Below, piece by piece: positions 1 to 9,881 of a stretch of 64,000 nucleotides of DNA. Position 1 is the first letter of the stretch; each line of letters starts with the position of its first letter. The stretch comes from Candidatus Eiseniibacteriota bacterium (GTDB taxonomy: Bacteria; Eisenbacteria; RBG-16-71-46; CAIMUX01), in the NCBI GenBank assembly GCA_041390305.1, contig JAWKQE010000014.1, positions 100,693 to 164,692 on the forward strand, read 5' to 3'. The notes beneath the pieces are model-generated. The model did no database searches, was not told the DNA's origin, and worked only from the letters and a program-made list of their open reading frames with translations. A program made the translations under genes and the position numbers.

Positions 1-583
1 GATCGAGATCGTGGGAACGACCGCGAGCGGACACGAAGGAATCGATCTCGCGCGCCAGGAGTCTCCGGACGTTGCGATCGTCGGGCTGGCTCTGGCCGAC
101 CTCAACGGCGTCGACGCGACGTCCGCCCTCCTCTCCGCGCACCCGGCGCTCCGTGTGCTGATCCTCGCCGCGAACCCGAAGGAAGAGCCGCTCCAGGAAG
201 TCCTGGCCGCGGGGGCTCGCGGGTACATCACGACGCAGAGCACGTCCGAGGAGTTGGCCCACGCACTCGAGATCCTGGCGAACGGAAAGGCCTATCTCTC
301 GCCCGACACGACGGACGTCCTCCTCGGGCAGCAGTTCGGAGGAGAGCCGCGCGCGGAGGATCCGGTGTTCACGCGACTCACGCCCCGAGAGCGCGAAGTG
401 CTCCAGCTCCTCGCGAACGGCTCGGGGACGAAGGAGGTCGCCCACGAACTCGGCATCAGTTCCAAGACCGTCGACACCCACCGGCGGCACATCATGGAGA
501 AGCTCGAGACGGACAACGTGCCGGACCTGGTCCGCCACGCCATCCGGGCGGGCCTCTCTCCGCTCGAAGCCGCCGGCGACTGA
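1..583 (+). CDS. NarL/FixJ-type (LuxR HTH) response regulator, 5'-truncated by the window edge; receiver looks degenerate
   Basis: ORF 11..583 stays open back to nt 2, so the N-terminus lies outside the window. The C-terminus carries a GerE/LuxR HTH (TPREREVLQLLANGSGTKEVAHELGISSKTVDTHRRHIMEKL) after a CheY-like receiver. The positions aligned to the phospho-Asp, Thr and Lys read G, A and T (PDVAIVGLALADLNGVD; VLILAAN; GYITTQ). Confidence 0.85.
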   Translation, partial: IEIVGTTASGHEGIDLARQESPDVAIVGLALADLNGVDATSALLSAHPALRVLILAANPKEEPLQEVLAAGARGYITTQSTSEELAHALEILANGKAYLSPDTTDVLLGQQFGGEPRAEDPVFTRLTPREREVLQLLANGSGTKEVAHELGISSKTVDTHRRHIMEKLETDNVPDLVRHAIRAGLSPLEAAGD

Positions 584-718
584 GCTGATGGACGACACCG
601 GATCAGCATCTGACTGATGGCGACACCCGCTGTGAGTCCCCTAGACTTCGTCCCTTCCTACGGTGCGTAGGCTCGAGCGAGTGGGGCGTGCATCTACGGG
701 GTTGAGTAGAGGAGAACC

Positions 719-1162
719 GTGAGAAGCAGGTATCCGCTCATCCTCCTCGTCGCGGAGGGGGATGAAGATGAACAGACGAGATGGACCCGGGTGGCGAAGG
801 CCCAGGAGGACTCCCTCCACGTGCATTTCGTGTCGAGTGGCGAGGAGATCCTCCAGTACCTGAGGCGCGAGGGGAGATTTGCCGGCCCAGTCGCCGCACC
901 GCACCTGCTGCTGATGAGCTGGGCGGGGTCGACCCCGGGAACGAAGGAGGCACTTCGGGCGATGAAACTCGACCCTCGGCTCAAGTTCCTGCCGACGATC
1001 GTCCTCGTGGAGAACGGCGCAGCCGTCGACATGGCCGAAGCCTACCTCCTCGGAGCCGCCTCCTGCTGCGCGGCACCGAAGACGGATGAAGCAGCGTCCG
1101 AGTTCCTCGCCGCCGTCCGCAGCTTCTGGGGCGAGTTCGTCCGGTTTCCGATCGTACTCTGA
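719..1162 (+). CDS. single-domain CheY/Rcp1-like receiver protein lacking the canonical phospho-acceptor Asp
   Basis: GTG start just downstream of GAGGAG. It shows a receiver-fold pattern (PLILLVAEGDEDE, PTIVLVENG, FWGEFVRFP tail as in Rcp1-type regulators). The expected LILLD motif reads LLLMSW, with Ser at the Asp position. Confidence 0.65.
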   Translation: MRSRYPLILLVAEGDEDEQTRWTRVAKAQEDSLHVHFVSSGEEILQYLRREGRFAGPVAAPHLLLMSWAGSTPGTKEALRAMKLDPRLKFLPTIVLVENGAAVDMAEAYLLGAASCCAAPKTDEAASEFLAAVRSFWGEFVRFPIVL

Positions 1163-1165
1163 GGC

Positions 1166-2425
1166 TCACCGGGCCGGCGGAGGACTCCCGCTTCTCGCGG
1201 CATCCATCGCCCCCTCCGGAAGGCGGCGCGTGCGTCCGCCCGCCCAGAGAGCCGCCAGGAGCGACAGGAGGCTACCGGCGGCGAGAGCGACCTGAGGGCT
1301 GAACCGAGTGGCGAGACCACCCGCGAAGAGGCTCCCGATCGGTGTGCTCCCGGCGAAGATGCTCACGTAGACGCTCATGACGCGCCCACGCAGTTCGTCC
1401 GGCGAAGTACGTTGGATCGTGGTGTTCGCGGTCGCCGTCATCCAGATCATGCAGAACCCGATGACGAGGAGGTTGAGCGCCGCCAGCCAAACGGAAGGGA
1501 ACCAGGGCGAGAAGGCGAAGACGAGTCCCAGGACCGAGAAGCCGATCGCACCGCGCACCATGGTCGGAACCGGGTCGAGGCGGGAGAAGAACGCGACCGT
1601 GAGCGCGGCGATGAGCGATCCGATCCCGAAGGACGACATGAGCAGCCCGAACCCTTCCGCGCCGATCGCGAACTGGTCGCGCGCCATTCCCGGTAGGAGC
1701 ACGTTGTAGTTGAGACCGAACGTGGCGACGACCCCGATGAGCACGATCGGAATCTGGACGACGGGCGTCTTCCGGATGTACCCGACGCCTTCCGCGAGCC
1801 CCCGACGCACCCCCTCCTTCGCGCGCTCCGTCCCCCGATGAAGGTCGGCCGGACGCATGGCCAGGAGCGCGAGGATCACGCCGAGGAAGGAGATGCCGTT
1901 GAGGAGAAAGGCGAACTCCGTCCCGAGCCGGGCGATCAGGAGCCCCGCGATCGCGGGGCCGACGATCCGGGCGAGGTTGAAGGCGGACGTGTTGAGCGCA
2001 ATCGCGTTCATCACGTCGGTGCGGCCGACGAGTTCGATCGTGAACGACTGGCGGGTCGGCATGTCCACGACATTGACGAAGCCTAAGACCGCGGCCAGCG
2101 CCATGACCTGCCACGCTTCGACCAGCCCCCGGAACTGGAGGAACGCGAGCGTGAGTGCCTGGACGGCCGCGAGCGACTGCGTGATGAGGAGCACCCGCCG
2201 CTTGTCGAACCGGTCCGCGAAGAGCCCGCCTATCATCCCGAAGAGCAGGACGGGAAGGAACTGCATCGCGAAGACCATACCGACCTGGAAGGTGGAGTCG
2301 GTGAGTTCGAGGATGAGCCAGGACTGCGCAACGGACTGCATCCAGCCGCCCATGAGGCTCACGATCGACCCGAACCAGTAGAGCCGGTAGTTGCGGTGGG
2401 ACAATGCGGCGAAACCAGACCGCAT
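1166..2425 (-). CDS. MFS transporter (EntS/MFS_3-like, about 12 TM)
   Basis: ORF 1166..2572(-). I place the start at the internal Met MRSGFAALSHRNYRLYWFGS (nt 2425), downstream of the stop of the preceding gene. The protein is hydrophobic and multi-TM throughout, with the MFS loop motif GGLFADRFDKRRV. Confidence 0.8.
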   Translation of the reverse strand: MRSGFAALSHRNYRLYWFGSIVSLMGGWMQSVAQSWLILELTDSTFQVGMVFAMQFLPVLLFGMIGGLFADRFDKRRVLLITQSLAAVQALTLAFLQFRGLVEAWQVMALAAVLGFVNVVDMPTRQSFTIELVGRTDVMNAIALNTSAFNLARIVGPAIAGLLIARLGTEFAFLLNGISFLGVILALLAMRPADLHRGTERAKEGVRRGLAEGVGYIRKTPVVQIPIVLIGVVATFGLNYNVLLPGMARDQFAIGAEGFGLLMSSFGIGSLIAALTVAFFSRLDPVPTMVRGAIGFSVLGLVFAFSPWFPSVWLAALNLLVIGFCMIWMTATANTTIQRTSPDELRGRVMSVYVSIFAGSTPIGSLFAGGLATRFSPQVALAAGSLLSLLAALWAGGRTRRLPEGAMDAARSGSPPPAR

Positions 2426-2466
2426 CGCCCGAAATCGGCGCGAACCCGGACTACTCGCCTCCGCCC

Positions 2467-3102
2467 TCAGGCCGTCCTCCTCTCGAGGATCCGGAAGGTC
2501 GCTTCCACCGCGTCCTCGATCGGGACCCGCGACGTGTTGAAGACGATGTCGTAGTTGGCGGGGTCTCTCCACTCGAGCCCGAAGTTGTGCTTGATGTAGC
2601 GGGCCCGCTCGCGATCCGCTTCGTCCACCCGATCCCCGGCGTCCTCGAGGGAGAGGGAGTAGCGCTCCGCGATCCGCCCGAGCCGGTCGGACCGACTCGC
2701 GACCAGTCGAACATGGAGCGCGGTGGCGTGATCGCGAAGGACGAACGCACCGCCTCTCCCCACGATCACCGCGTTCCCGGAGCGAGCCTCCTCGAGTACG
2801 ACCTCACGTACCGTGGCCGCGACACGCTCGGGCGACGGAGCGTCGACGTAGACTCCGCTCGCGATCGGCCCCGGGGACACGCTCTCGGGGTTCGCGGACT
2901 GCATGGCGCGGAGGAGTCTCAGGATGAGGCTCTCGCTCCGCTCGTCCCAGCGCTCCACGACCTCGGCCGGACAGCGCATCCGGCGCGCGACCTCCTCGAC
3001 CAGGCTCGCATCGGCGAAGTCCGCCCCGATCCGGGCCGCGAGGCTCCTCCCGAAGACGTAGCCACCCGAACCGTACTCGCGAGAGACTGTGACGATCGGC
3101 AT
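2467..3102 (-). CDS. cytidylate kinase-like family protein (AAA_17/Cytidylate_kin2 type)
   Basis: Start at ATG 3102 (MPIVTVSREYGSGG P-loop-like N-terminus) with GGAGA 5 nt upstream. The tail (ERARYIKHNFGLEWRDPANYDIVFNTS) is typical of this family. It is probably co-transcribed with the MFS gene. Confidence 0.7.
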   Translation of the reverse strand: MPIVTVSREYGSGGYVFGRSLAARIGADFADASLVEEVARRMRCPAEVVERWDERSESLILRLLRAMQSANPESVSPGPIASGVYVDAPSPERVAATVREVVLEEARSGNAVIVGRGGAFVLRDHATALHVRLVASRSDRLGRIAERYSLSLEDAGDRVDEADRERARYIKHNFGLEWRDPANYDIVFNTSRVPIEDAVEATFRILERRTA

Positions 3103-3265
3103 GGTTTCTCCCCGCACGCTCCCCGTGCGCACCTGGGTGTGACCCGCAACCGGTGTGGGCGACGGCCCGGCGTCGCGTCGCGCTGCCGGTGCACCCACGG
3201 ACCGCCCCCTCCATCCATCCCGGGGACGGTTGAATCATAGACGAGAAGGGGCCATCATCGCGGCC

Positions 3266-4681
3266 ATGGAACGCTACGATCTCGTCGTGATTGGGTCCGG
3301 CCCGGCCGGACAACGTGCCGCCGTCCAGGCCGCGAAGCTCGAGAAGCGAGTCGCCATCGTGGAGAAGAAGCGCCTCATGGGCGGCGTCTGCCTCCACACG
3401 GGAACGATTCCGTCCAAGACGTTTCGGGAAGCCGTCGTCCAGCTGACCGCGCATCAGCAGGCCGGGGTCGCGTTCAGCATCCAGCCGATCGCGGCCGAGT
3501 CGACGATGACCGACGTCCTCACGCGGTGCCACCACGTCATCGGGCGCGAGATGGACGTCCTCGCCCACCAGATGCGCCGCAATCGGATCACGCTCCTGGC
3601 CGGTACGGCGAGCTTCCTCTCCCCCCATCGCCTCGTCGTCGATGCGGACGACCAGAAGGTGGAGGTCGAAGCGGACAAGGTGGTGATCGCGGTCGGTACG
3701 ACCCCCGCGCGTCCGAACGGGGTCGAACTCGACGGGAGGTCCGTCATCGACTCGGACGGCGTCCTCGGGCTCGCGGCCCTCCCCCGCACTCTCACCGTGG
3801 TCGGGGCCGGCGTGATCGGCGCGGAGTACGCCTCCATGTTCGCCGCGCTCGGAGTCGAGGTGACCGTGATCGACAAGCGCGACACCCTCCTCCCGTTCCT
3901 CGATCGGGAGATCGCGGACGCGCTCACGTACCAGATGCGGAACGCGAACGTCACCTTCCGTTTCGGCGAGGAAGTGGCATCCGTCCACGTGCGGGAGGAC
4001 GGAGACGCGGAAGCCGTCCTCGCTTCCAGCAAGCGCGTCGTCTCGGACGTCCTCCTCTACTCGATCGGACGGGTCGGGAACGTGGGGAAGCTCGGGTTGG
4101 ACGCTGCCGGAATCACCGCCGATTCCCGCGGCCGGATCCAGGTGAACGAGAACTACGAGACGGAAACGCCCGGGATCTATGCCGTCGGCGACGTGATCGG
4201 CTTCCCCTCCCTGGCCGCGACCTCGATGTATCAGGGACGCCACGCGGCCTGCCACGCATTCGGCGTCGACGTGACCGCGCTCCCCCACCTCTTCCCGTAC
4301 GGCATCTATTCGATCCCCGAGATCTCCATGGTCGGGAAGACGGAGCAGGAGCTGACGAAGGAAGGTGTGCCCTACGAGTTCGGGGTGGCGCGGTACCGGG
4401 AGATCGCCCGCGGCGCGATCCTCGGCGACGATACCGGCCTCCTCAAACTCCTCTTCCACGCGGAGACCCGGGACATCCTCGGCGTTCACATCATCGGCAC
4501 CGGCGCGACCGAGCTCGTCCACATCGGGCAAACCGCGATGGCACTCGGCGGAACCATCGACTTCTTCGTCCAGAACGTGTTCAACTACCCGACCTTCGCC
4601 GAGTGCTACAAGGTCGCGGCGCTCGACGGCTACAACAAGGTCGGGCCGCGTCCGTCGGACCCGCCGCACCCAGGCGCATGA
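3266..4681 (+). CDS. sthA: soluble pyridine nucleotide transhydrogenase (Si-specific NAD(P)+ transhydrogenase)
   Basis: MERYDLVVIGSGPAGQRAA FAD-binding fold. GGVCLHTGTIPSK has Thr in place of the second redox Cys, which matches SthA rather than Lpd. The length is about 471 aa. Confidence 0.8.
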   Translation: MERYDLVVIGSGPAGQRAAVQAAKLEKRVAIVEKKRLMGGVCLHTGTIPSKTFREAVVQLTAHQQAGVAFSIQPIAAESTMTDVLTRCHHVIGREMDVLAHQMRRNRITLLAGTASFLSPHRLVVDADDQKVEVEADKVVIAVGTTPARPNGVELDGRSVIDSDGVLGLAALPRTLTVVGAGVIGAEYASMFAALGVEVTVIDKRDTLLPFLDREIADALTYQMRNANVTFRFGEEVASVHVREDGDAEAVLASSKRVVSDVLLYSIGRVGNVGKLGLDAAGITADSRGRIQVNENYETETPGIYAVGDVIGFPSLAATSMYQGRHAACHAFGVDVTALPHLFPYGIYSIPEISMVGKTEQELTKEGVPYEFGVARYREIARGAILGDDTGLLKLLFHAETRDILGVHIIGTGATELVHIGQTAMALGGTIDFFVQNVFNYPTFAECYKVAALDGYNKVGPRPSDPPHPGA

Positions 4682-5730
4682 TCCAGAAGACCGACCTCCC
4701 GATCTCCTACGACGACGTCCGCCTCGCGTGGCAGCACGTAGGCCCACATCTCGAGCCGACCCCGCTGCGCCGGTATCCGCTGCTCGACGAACTCGTGGGC
4801 GGAACCGTCTTCGTGAAGCACGAGAACCTCCAGCCGACCCACGCATTCAAGGTACGGAACGCTTTCTCGGCACTCGGACAGCTCGCCCCGGACGCGCGTC
4901 GACGCGGCGTCATTGCGGCGACCCGTGGCAATCATGGGCTCGGGCTCTGCTACGCCGGCCAGGCCCTCGGCATCGGCGTCACGATCTGCGTGCCGCACGG
5001 AAACAACCCCGAGAAGAACGCCGCGATCCGCTCCTTCGGCGCGAGGCTCTTCGAGCAAGGGCGGGACTACGACGAGACGCTCGAGTTCACGAAGGCACTC
5101 GCGGCCCGGGAGGGCCTCCACACGGTGCACTCGACGAACGACCGAACGGTCATTGCGGGCGCGGGTACCCTCACGGACGAGATCCTCGCGCAACTCACCG
5201 CGTCGGCACTCGGAGGCGACGAGCTCGCGCGCGTGAGGTCGGGACGCGCCGCACCTGGCCCGATGGAGAAGCCGCTTCCGCTCGACCTCCTCGTCGTTGC
5301 CGTGGGCGGCGGGTCACAGGCCGTCGGCGCTCTGACCATCCTCGCCGAACGCATGCCGGAGCTCGAGGTTTGGGGCGTCCAGGCGGCGAACGCACCCGCG
5401 CAGCAGAAGAGCTGGGAAGCGGGAAGGAACGTGACCACCGAGAGCGCCGACACGATCGCGGACGGTCTCGCCACCCGCACTTCGTACGAACTGACCCGGC
5501 CCGCGCTTCGCGCCGGGCTTTCCCGGTTCCTCCTCGTCAGCGAAGCCGAACTCCGGAACGCGATCCGCGTCTTCCTCGACACGGCCCGCACGCTTTCCGA
5601 ACCGGCGGGCGCGGCCGGGCTCGCCGGCCTCCTCCAGTGCCAAGGGGAGCTCCGGGGCAGGCGGGTTGCCGTCATCCTCTCCGGAGCGAACATCGACCGT
5701 GCTACACTCGGCGCCGCACTCGCGGAGTGA
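4678..5730 (+). CDS. PLP-dependent threonine/serine dehydratase family enzyme
   Basis: The ATG overlaps the sthA stop (ATGA at 4678-4681). It has the PLP-lysine motif HAFKVRNAF and the Gly-rich loop VAVGGGSQAVG, and is 350 aa long. Confidence 0.75.
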   Translation: MIQKTDLPISYDDVRLAWQHVGPHLEPTPLRRYPLLDELVGGTVFVKHENLQPTHAFKVRNAFSALGQLAPDARRRGVIAATRGNHGLGLCYAGQALGIGVTICVPHGNNPEKNAAIRSFGARLFEQGRDYDETLEFTKALAAREGLHTVHSTNDRTVIAGAGTLTDEILAQLTASALGGDELARVRSGRAAPGPMEKPLPLDLLVVAVGGGSQAVGALTILAERMPELEVWGVQAANAPAQQKSWEAGRNVTTESADTIADGLATRTSYELTRPALRAGLSRFLLVSEAELRNAIRVFLDTARTLSEPAGAAGLAGLLQCQGELRGRRVAVILSGANIDRATLGAALAE

Positions 5731-5837
5731 GCGCCCGGCGGACCGCCGCGTCCGCCGATACGTCCGAGTGTACAAGGCGCCCGACTACGAGAGAGGACAG
5801 CGTACGACCGGCGCCTCCTCGCCGAGAAGGACACGAC

Positions 5838-6956
5838 ATGGCGACCCTTCGGAATCTCCTCGCGGCAATTGCCGTGAGTGCCATGATCTCCTCTGCCCCG
5901 AGCTCGGCGGCCGTCACCGGTTGGGAGCAGCTTCTCTCGATCGACGCATCGGTGGAGGCGGTCCTGGGCGACGGAACGACGCTCGTCGGCACGGTGGAAG
6001 CGTTCGATGCCGACACGCTCACCCTCGCGACCACACGGTTCGGCACGCTCGTCCTCAGCCGGTCCGAGGTGAAGTCCCTCCGAGTCGATCCGCCATCCGC
6101 GGCGGACGATCCCAGTTCGGCATCCGACGGAGAGACATCCACGGGAGGTACGGCGCCCGGAGCTCCACCGGAAGAGCCGGGCCGGGCCGAAGAGAATCAC
6201 CCTGTCGGGTCAGCCGTCGACACCGTTCCACCCGCCGCTTCGCCGACCGAACCGGCCACGGCAGCCGGATCAGAGGCGGTCGAGGCGGCGACGGCCGCCA
6301 CCTCAGAGTCAGCGACAGACGGAACCACGCGGCAGCGGCGCTATGAGAACGGGTGGTACGTCGATCCGGACTACAACTCGCTCCTCCTCGTCCCCACGTC
6401 CGAGACCCTGCCCGTCGGAGACTCCTACTACCGAAACTTCGAACTCCTCTTCAACAACGCGGGGTTCTCGCTCACGGACGACGTCAACCTGAGCTTCATG
6501 GCCGCGTTCCCGGTGACGTCGGACTTCACCGTCTTCGGGGCGGGCGCGAAGTTCCGGATCGTCCGGCGGGACGAGGTCGGGATCGGATTGGCGCTGGCCG
6601 GCAGCATCAACGTCGCGGGGAGTGAAACCGTGGGTGCGCTCTCTGCGATCACGAGCATCGGCGACAAGAAACAGAGCATGTCGCTCGCCTTCAACGTCGG
6701 CATGGCCAACGGCGAGGCGGCGACCTTCATCCTGGCCGGACTCGACGCACAGTTCGCGCCCCGCGCGAAGCTGCTCGCCGAGTACGGAAACTCCACCGAG
6801 CACCACTTCGACGACGGCTTCTACGGCATCGTCAACGTCGGAATCCGCGTCTTCTGGGACTCGACGAGCTTCACCATCACGGGGCTCCGCCCGCTCGCGT
6901 CGGACCTCGAGAGCTTCATTGCCTTCCCGCTCGTGAGCTTCTCCGCCCACTTCTGA
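5838..6956 (+). CDS. secreted protein, probable outer-membrane beta-barrel
   Basis: ATG 5838 follows GAAGGA. It has a signal peptide (MATLRNLLAAIAVSAMISSAPSSAAV) and a Pro/Ser/Ala-rich linker. The C-terminus has alternating hydrophobic residues and ends in ...FIAFPLVSFSAHF, with the terminal Phe typical of OMPs. Confidence 0.5.
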   Translation: MATLRNLLAAIAVSAMISSAPSSAAVTGWEQLLSIDASVEAVLGDGTTLVGTVEAFDADTLTLATTRFGTLVLSRSEVKSLRVDPPSAADDPSSASDGETSTGGTAPGAPPEEPGRAEENHPVGSAVDTVPPAASPTEPATAAGSEAVEAATAATSESATDGTTRQRRYENGWYVDPDYNSLLLVPTSETLPVGDSYYRNFELLFNNAGFSLTDDVNLSFMAAFPVTSDFTVFGAGAKFRIVRRDEVGIGLALAGSINVAGSETVGALSAITSIGDKKQSMSLAFNVGMANGEAATFILAGLDAQFAPRAKLLAEYGNSTEHHFDDGFYGIVNVGIRVFWDSTSFTITGLRPLASDLESFIAFPLVSFSAHF

Positions 6957-6960
6957 GAGA

Positions 6961-6984
6961 GGGCCTGAGGCGGCGTCCAGGCCC
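6961..6984. terminator. stem-loop between convergent genes (GGGCCTG-N10-CAGGCCC)
   Basis: Perfect 7-bp GC-rich stem at 6961-6967 and 6978-6984 with a 10-nt loop. It starts 5 nt after the stop at 6956 and sits 60 nt from the stop of the convergent gene. Confidence 0.4.
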
Positions 6985-7044
6985 CGAGACGCCACCGAAC
7001 GACGACGCGTTCCGTGCGGCGGTGATGAGCCTCCGCGCCCAGGT

Positions 7045-9729
7045 CTAGTTCTGCACGCGGACGACCCGAGCGCTCCCCCAGAGGTTTCCGTCGCGACTCG
7101 CCCAGCGCAGGAAGTACGTGCCGTGGGCGAGGCGGTCCACGCCGTCCACGCCCTCGAATGCGGCCCGCGTCGATCCCGCCTGGAGCGCTACGTGCCGATC
7201 GGCAACGATCCGTCCCGCAACGTCCACCAGAGAGAGCACACCTTCCGTCTCGCCTTCCGGTGCCCTCAGCTCGACTTCGATCCGGGTCGCAAACGGATTC
7301 GCGCTCAGCAGCGTCAGTCCGCCTTCCCGGAGCGACCCGACCGCGTTCCCGGGCACGTCCGACGTGACCGGAACGTCGATCTGATAGGTCGAGCGCGCGT
7401 GCGTGAACGCGGTGAGAGTGCGCGTGCTCTCGTGGAAGTGGAGGTCGTGGATCACACAAACGGGGAGACCCGCGCCGAAGGGAAGCCAGCTCCCTCCCGC
7501 ATCGTGGCTCACGTACACGCCGACGTCGACGCCCGCGAAGATCCGGTTCCCGTTCTCCGGGTCGATCGCGATCGCGTTCACAGGGGCGTCCGGCAGCGGG
7601 GCTCCGGATCCCGCGGCGTCGATCGACGTCCAACTCGCGCCGGCATCCGTCGTGCGGTAGAGATGCGGAGTCGACTCGCCCCACCGGTAGCCGGAGAACG
7701 CCACGTACGCGATCTGGTCGTCGTCCGGATCCACGGCCACCCGCGTCACCCAGCGCTCCGGAAGTCCCGTATCGATCCGGGTCCAGCTCCCGCCTTCGTT
7801 GTCCGTCGTCCAGACCCGACCATCCGAGGTGCCGACGTAGATCCGCTCGAAGTTCGAGTTGGCAACGGCGACGGTCGTGATCGTGTGGTTGGCGTCGTTC
7901 GTCCCGTCCGTGAGGTCGGGCGAGATCGGCACCCAGCTCGTCGCCGTGTTCGAACGCCAGAGGCGATACGTACCGTAGTAGCGTGCATCGGGCACGCTGG
8001 GCGCGCCCACGTGCGGAGTCGACCAGTTCCGACGTTCACTGGACGGAATCCCTCCCGTCGCGCCGTTCCAACTCCCCCCGTCGTTCGAGGAGTAGTAGAG
8101 GTTCCCATACTGGTACTCGACCCAGATCCGGCTCGAGTTCGTCGGATCGACGAACGGATAGAACCCGTCGCCACCGAAGAGTTCGACCCAGTCGTCGTCC
8201 GATCCGGTCGTCGTGCGGTTCGTGCCGTTGTCCTGTGCACCCGCATAGATCCGATCGACGTTCTGCGCGTCGACCGTACCTGCGTAGAACTGTGTGATCG
8301 GGAGCGTTTCCACGTGGGTCCAGGTGCCACCGTCGTTGTTCGAGAGATACACGCCGCCATCCCCGACCAGGACCTGGCGCGCCGCGTTGTTCGGATCGAT
8401 CCAGAGATCGTGGTGGTCGACGTGGGCGCCGAACCAGCGCTGGCTCCAGGATCCGCCCGCATTCGTGGTGCGGTAGAGGTCGAGGCCGTACGCGTAGACG
8501 TCGTTCGGGTCGGTCGGGCTCACCTCGACGTTTCCGAAGTACCAGCCGTAGGACGAGAAGACATCGGTGAGCCCGTTGTCGTTTACCTGGGTCCAGCTCG
8601 TACCGCTGTTCGTCGACCGGTAGAGACCGAGGAAGTACCCGGGATCGTCCGCGTAGATCGCATAGACGATGTTGGGAGAGCTGGGCGCGACGGAGAGTCC
8701 GATCCGCCCCACGTTCGTACCGCTCGGGAGGCCGTTCGTCAGCTCGGCCCAGCTGTCTCCTCCATCGGTGGTGCGATAGACGCCGCTCGTCAGACCTCCC
8801 ACCTTCCTCCTCGACGGACCGCGCAGCCGCTCCCAGGCCGCCGCGTAGATCCGGTTCGGATCGCTCGGGTCGATCTCGAGATCGACGACCGAGGTGGAGT
8901 CGCTCACGAAGAGCACACGCTCCCAGTCGAGACCGGCGTTCGTGGACCGATAGACGCCGCGCTCCGGCCCCGGGAGCCAGAGGCTGCCGAGCACGGCGAC
9001 ATAGAGCCGGGACGGATCGGTCGGATCGACCACGATCCTGCCGATGTGTTCGCTCGATTCGAGCCCACGGTGCTCCCAGGTGTCGCCCGAGTTCGTGGAG
9101 TGGTAGATCCCGTTGCCGGCAAAGGAATCCCCGCTCGCGTTCGCTTCGCCCGTCCCCACCCAGACTTCGTTCGGGTCGGTCGGGCCGAGCGTGATCGCGC
9201 CGACGGAGAGCACGCCCACGTCGTCGAAGACCGGCTCCCAACTCGCGCCGGCGTCGAGAGAACGGAAGACGCCTCCCGCCGCGATCCCACCGAAGAACCG
9301 GTTCGGCTCGGCCGGATGAGCAGCGATCGCAGTCAGGCGACCACCGATATTGATCGGGCCGACGGACGTCCAGGTGTCGACGCCACGGTTCGCTCCTGGC
9401 GAAGAGCCTGACGTCCCGAAAGCACGGACCCGATCCAGGCGTGCCTGCTCGATCGCCGCCAGGGGCGCGGCCGCCGCGTAGTCCCGATGCGGGAATGCAC
9501 GTTGATCGTGGAACCAATCGTTCGGCAGGTATCCCGCCTTCTTGCCGGTCAGGAACTGGCCGGATTCGGGGTCAGTGTCCACATGTGGGTGCGGGTGAAG
9601 CCATGACGCTCCGACCCACGCCACGGCCAGAGCCCCGAGAGCGAGGGCGCCGACGGCGCCGAACGTCGTGATCCGCGAACGGGCAGGAGCAGAATCGGGC
9701 GAGTGGTGGCCATTTCGATTGATGAGCAC
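7045..9729 (-). CDS. BNR/Sortilin-Vps10-type beta-propeller protein (glycosidase-like) with T9SS-type C-terminal sorting-like domain
   Basis: I chose GTG 9729 as the start because GGAGGAGGAA lies 7 nt upstream. It has an N-terminal TM/signal anchor (ITTFGAVGALALGALAVAWVGA) and many S-x-D-x-G-x-T-W BNR motifs (STNSGDTWE, STNAGLDWE, TTDGGDSWA, STNSGTSWT, TTNAGGSWS, SNNDGGTWT, SSNDGGSWN, TDNEGGSWT, TTDAGASWT, SHDAGGSWL). The last ~85 aa resemble FlgD-Ig/Por_Secre_tail. Confidence 0.75.
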   Translation of the reverse strand: MLINRNGHHSPDSAPARSRITTFGAVGALALGALAVAWVGASWLHPHPHVDTDPESGQFLTGKKAGYLPNDWFHDQRAFPHRDYAAAAPLAAIEQARLDRVRAFGTSGSSPGANRGVDTWTSVGPINIGGRLTAIAAHPAEPNRFFGGIAAGGVFRSLDAGASWEPVFDDVGVLSVGAITLGPTDPNEVWVGTGEANASGDSFAGNGIYHSTNSGDTWEHRGLESSEHIGRIVVDPTDPSRLYVAVLGSLWLPGPERGVYRSTNAGLDWERVLFVSDSTSVVDLEIDPSDPNRIYAAAWERLRGPSRRKVGGLTSGVYRTTDGGDSWAELTNGLPSGTNVGRIGLSVAPSSPNIVYAIYADDPGYFLGLYRSTNSGTSWTQVNDNGLTDVFSSYGWYFGNVEVSPTDPNDVYAYGLDLYRTTNAGGSWSQRWFGAHVDHHDLWIDPNNAARQVLVGDGGVYLSNNDGGTWTHVETLPITQFYAGTVDAQNVDRIYAGAQDNGTNRTTTGSDDDWVELFGGDGFYPFVDPTNSSRIWVEYQYGNLYYSSNDGGSWNGATGGIPSSERRNWSTPHVGAPSVPDARYYGTYRLWRSNTATSWVPISPDLTDGTNDANHTITTVAVANSNFERIYVGTSDGRVWTTDNEGGSWTRIDTGLPERWVTRVAVDPDDDQIAYVAFSGYRWGESTPHLYRTTDAGASWTSIDAAGSGAPLPDAPVNAIAIDPENGNRIFAGVDVGVYVSHDAGGSWLPFGAGLPVCVIHDLHFHESTRTLTAFTHARSTYQIDVPVTSDVPGNAVGSLREGGLTLLSANPFATRIEVELRAPEGETEGVLSLVDVAGRIVADRHVALQAGSTRAAFEGVDGVDRLAHGTYFLRWASRDGNLWGSARVVRVQN

Positions 9730-9881
9730 GGGTTGTTCCTCCTCGGAGGAGTATACGTGTTTTGCCCGCCCGAACCGCCCGACTGGGTTCCTTAGAGGGA
9801 GTTTCGCGCCCTGGCCCAATCGGGTAGCATGGGACCTCGTTGAATGGCGATCCGAGTCGCTGCCGATACGGAGATGAGACT

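Noticed and set aside
2804-4846. Very long antisense ORFs opposite well-supported genes: 2804..4846(-), 7123..9411(+), 18062..19393(+), 40911..43829(+), 51003..53885(+), 31871..33265(+), 33357..35315(+).
   Set aside because: Their products are Arg/Pro/Gly/Asp-rich and resemble no family. Each lies opposite a gene with clear motifs. Stop-poor shadow frames are expected at this GC content.
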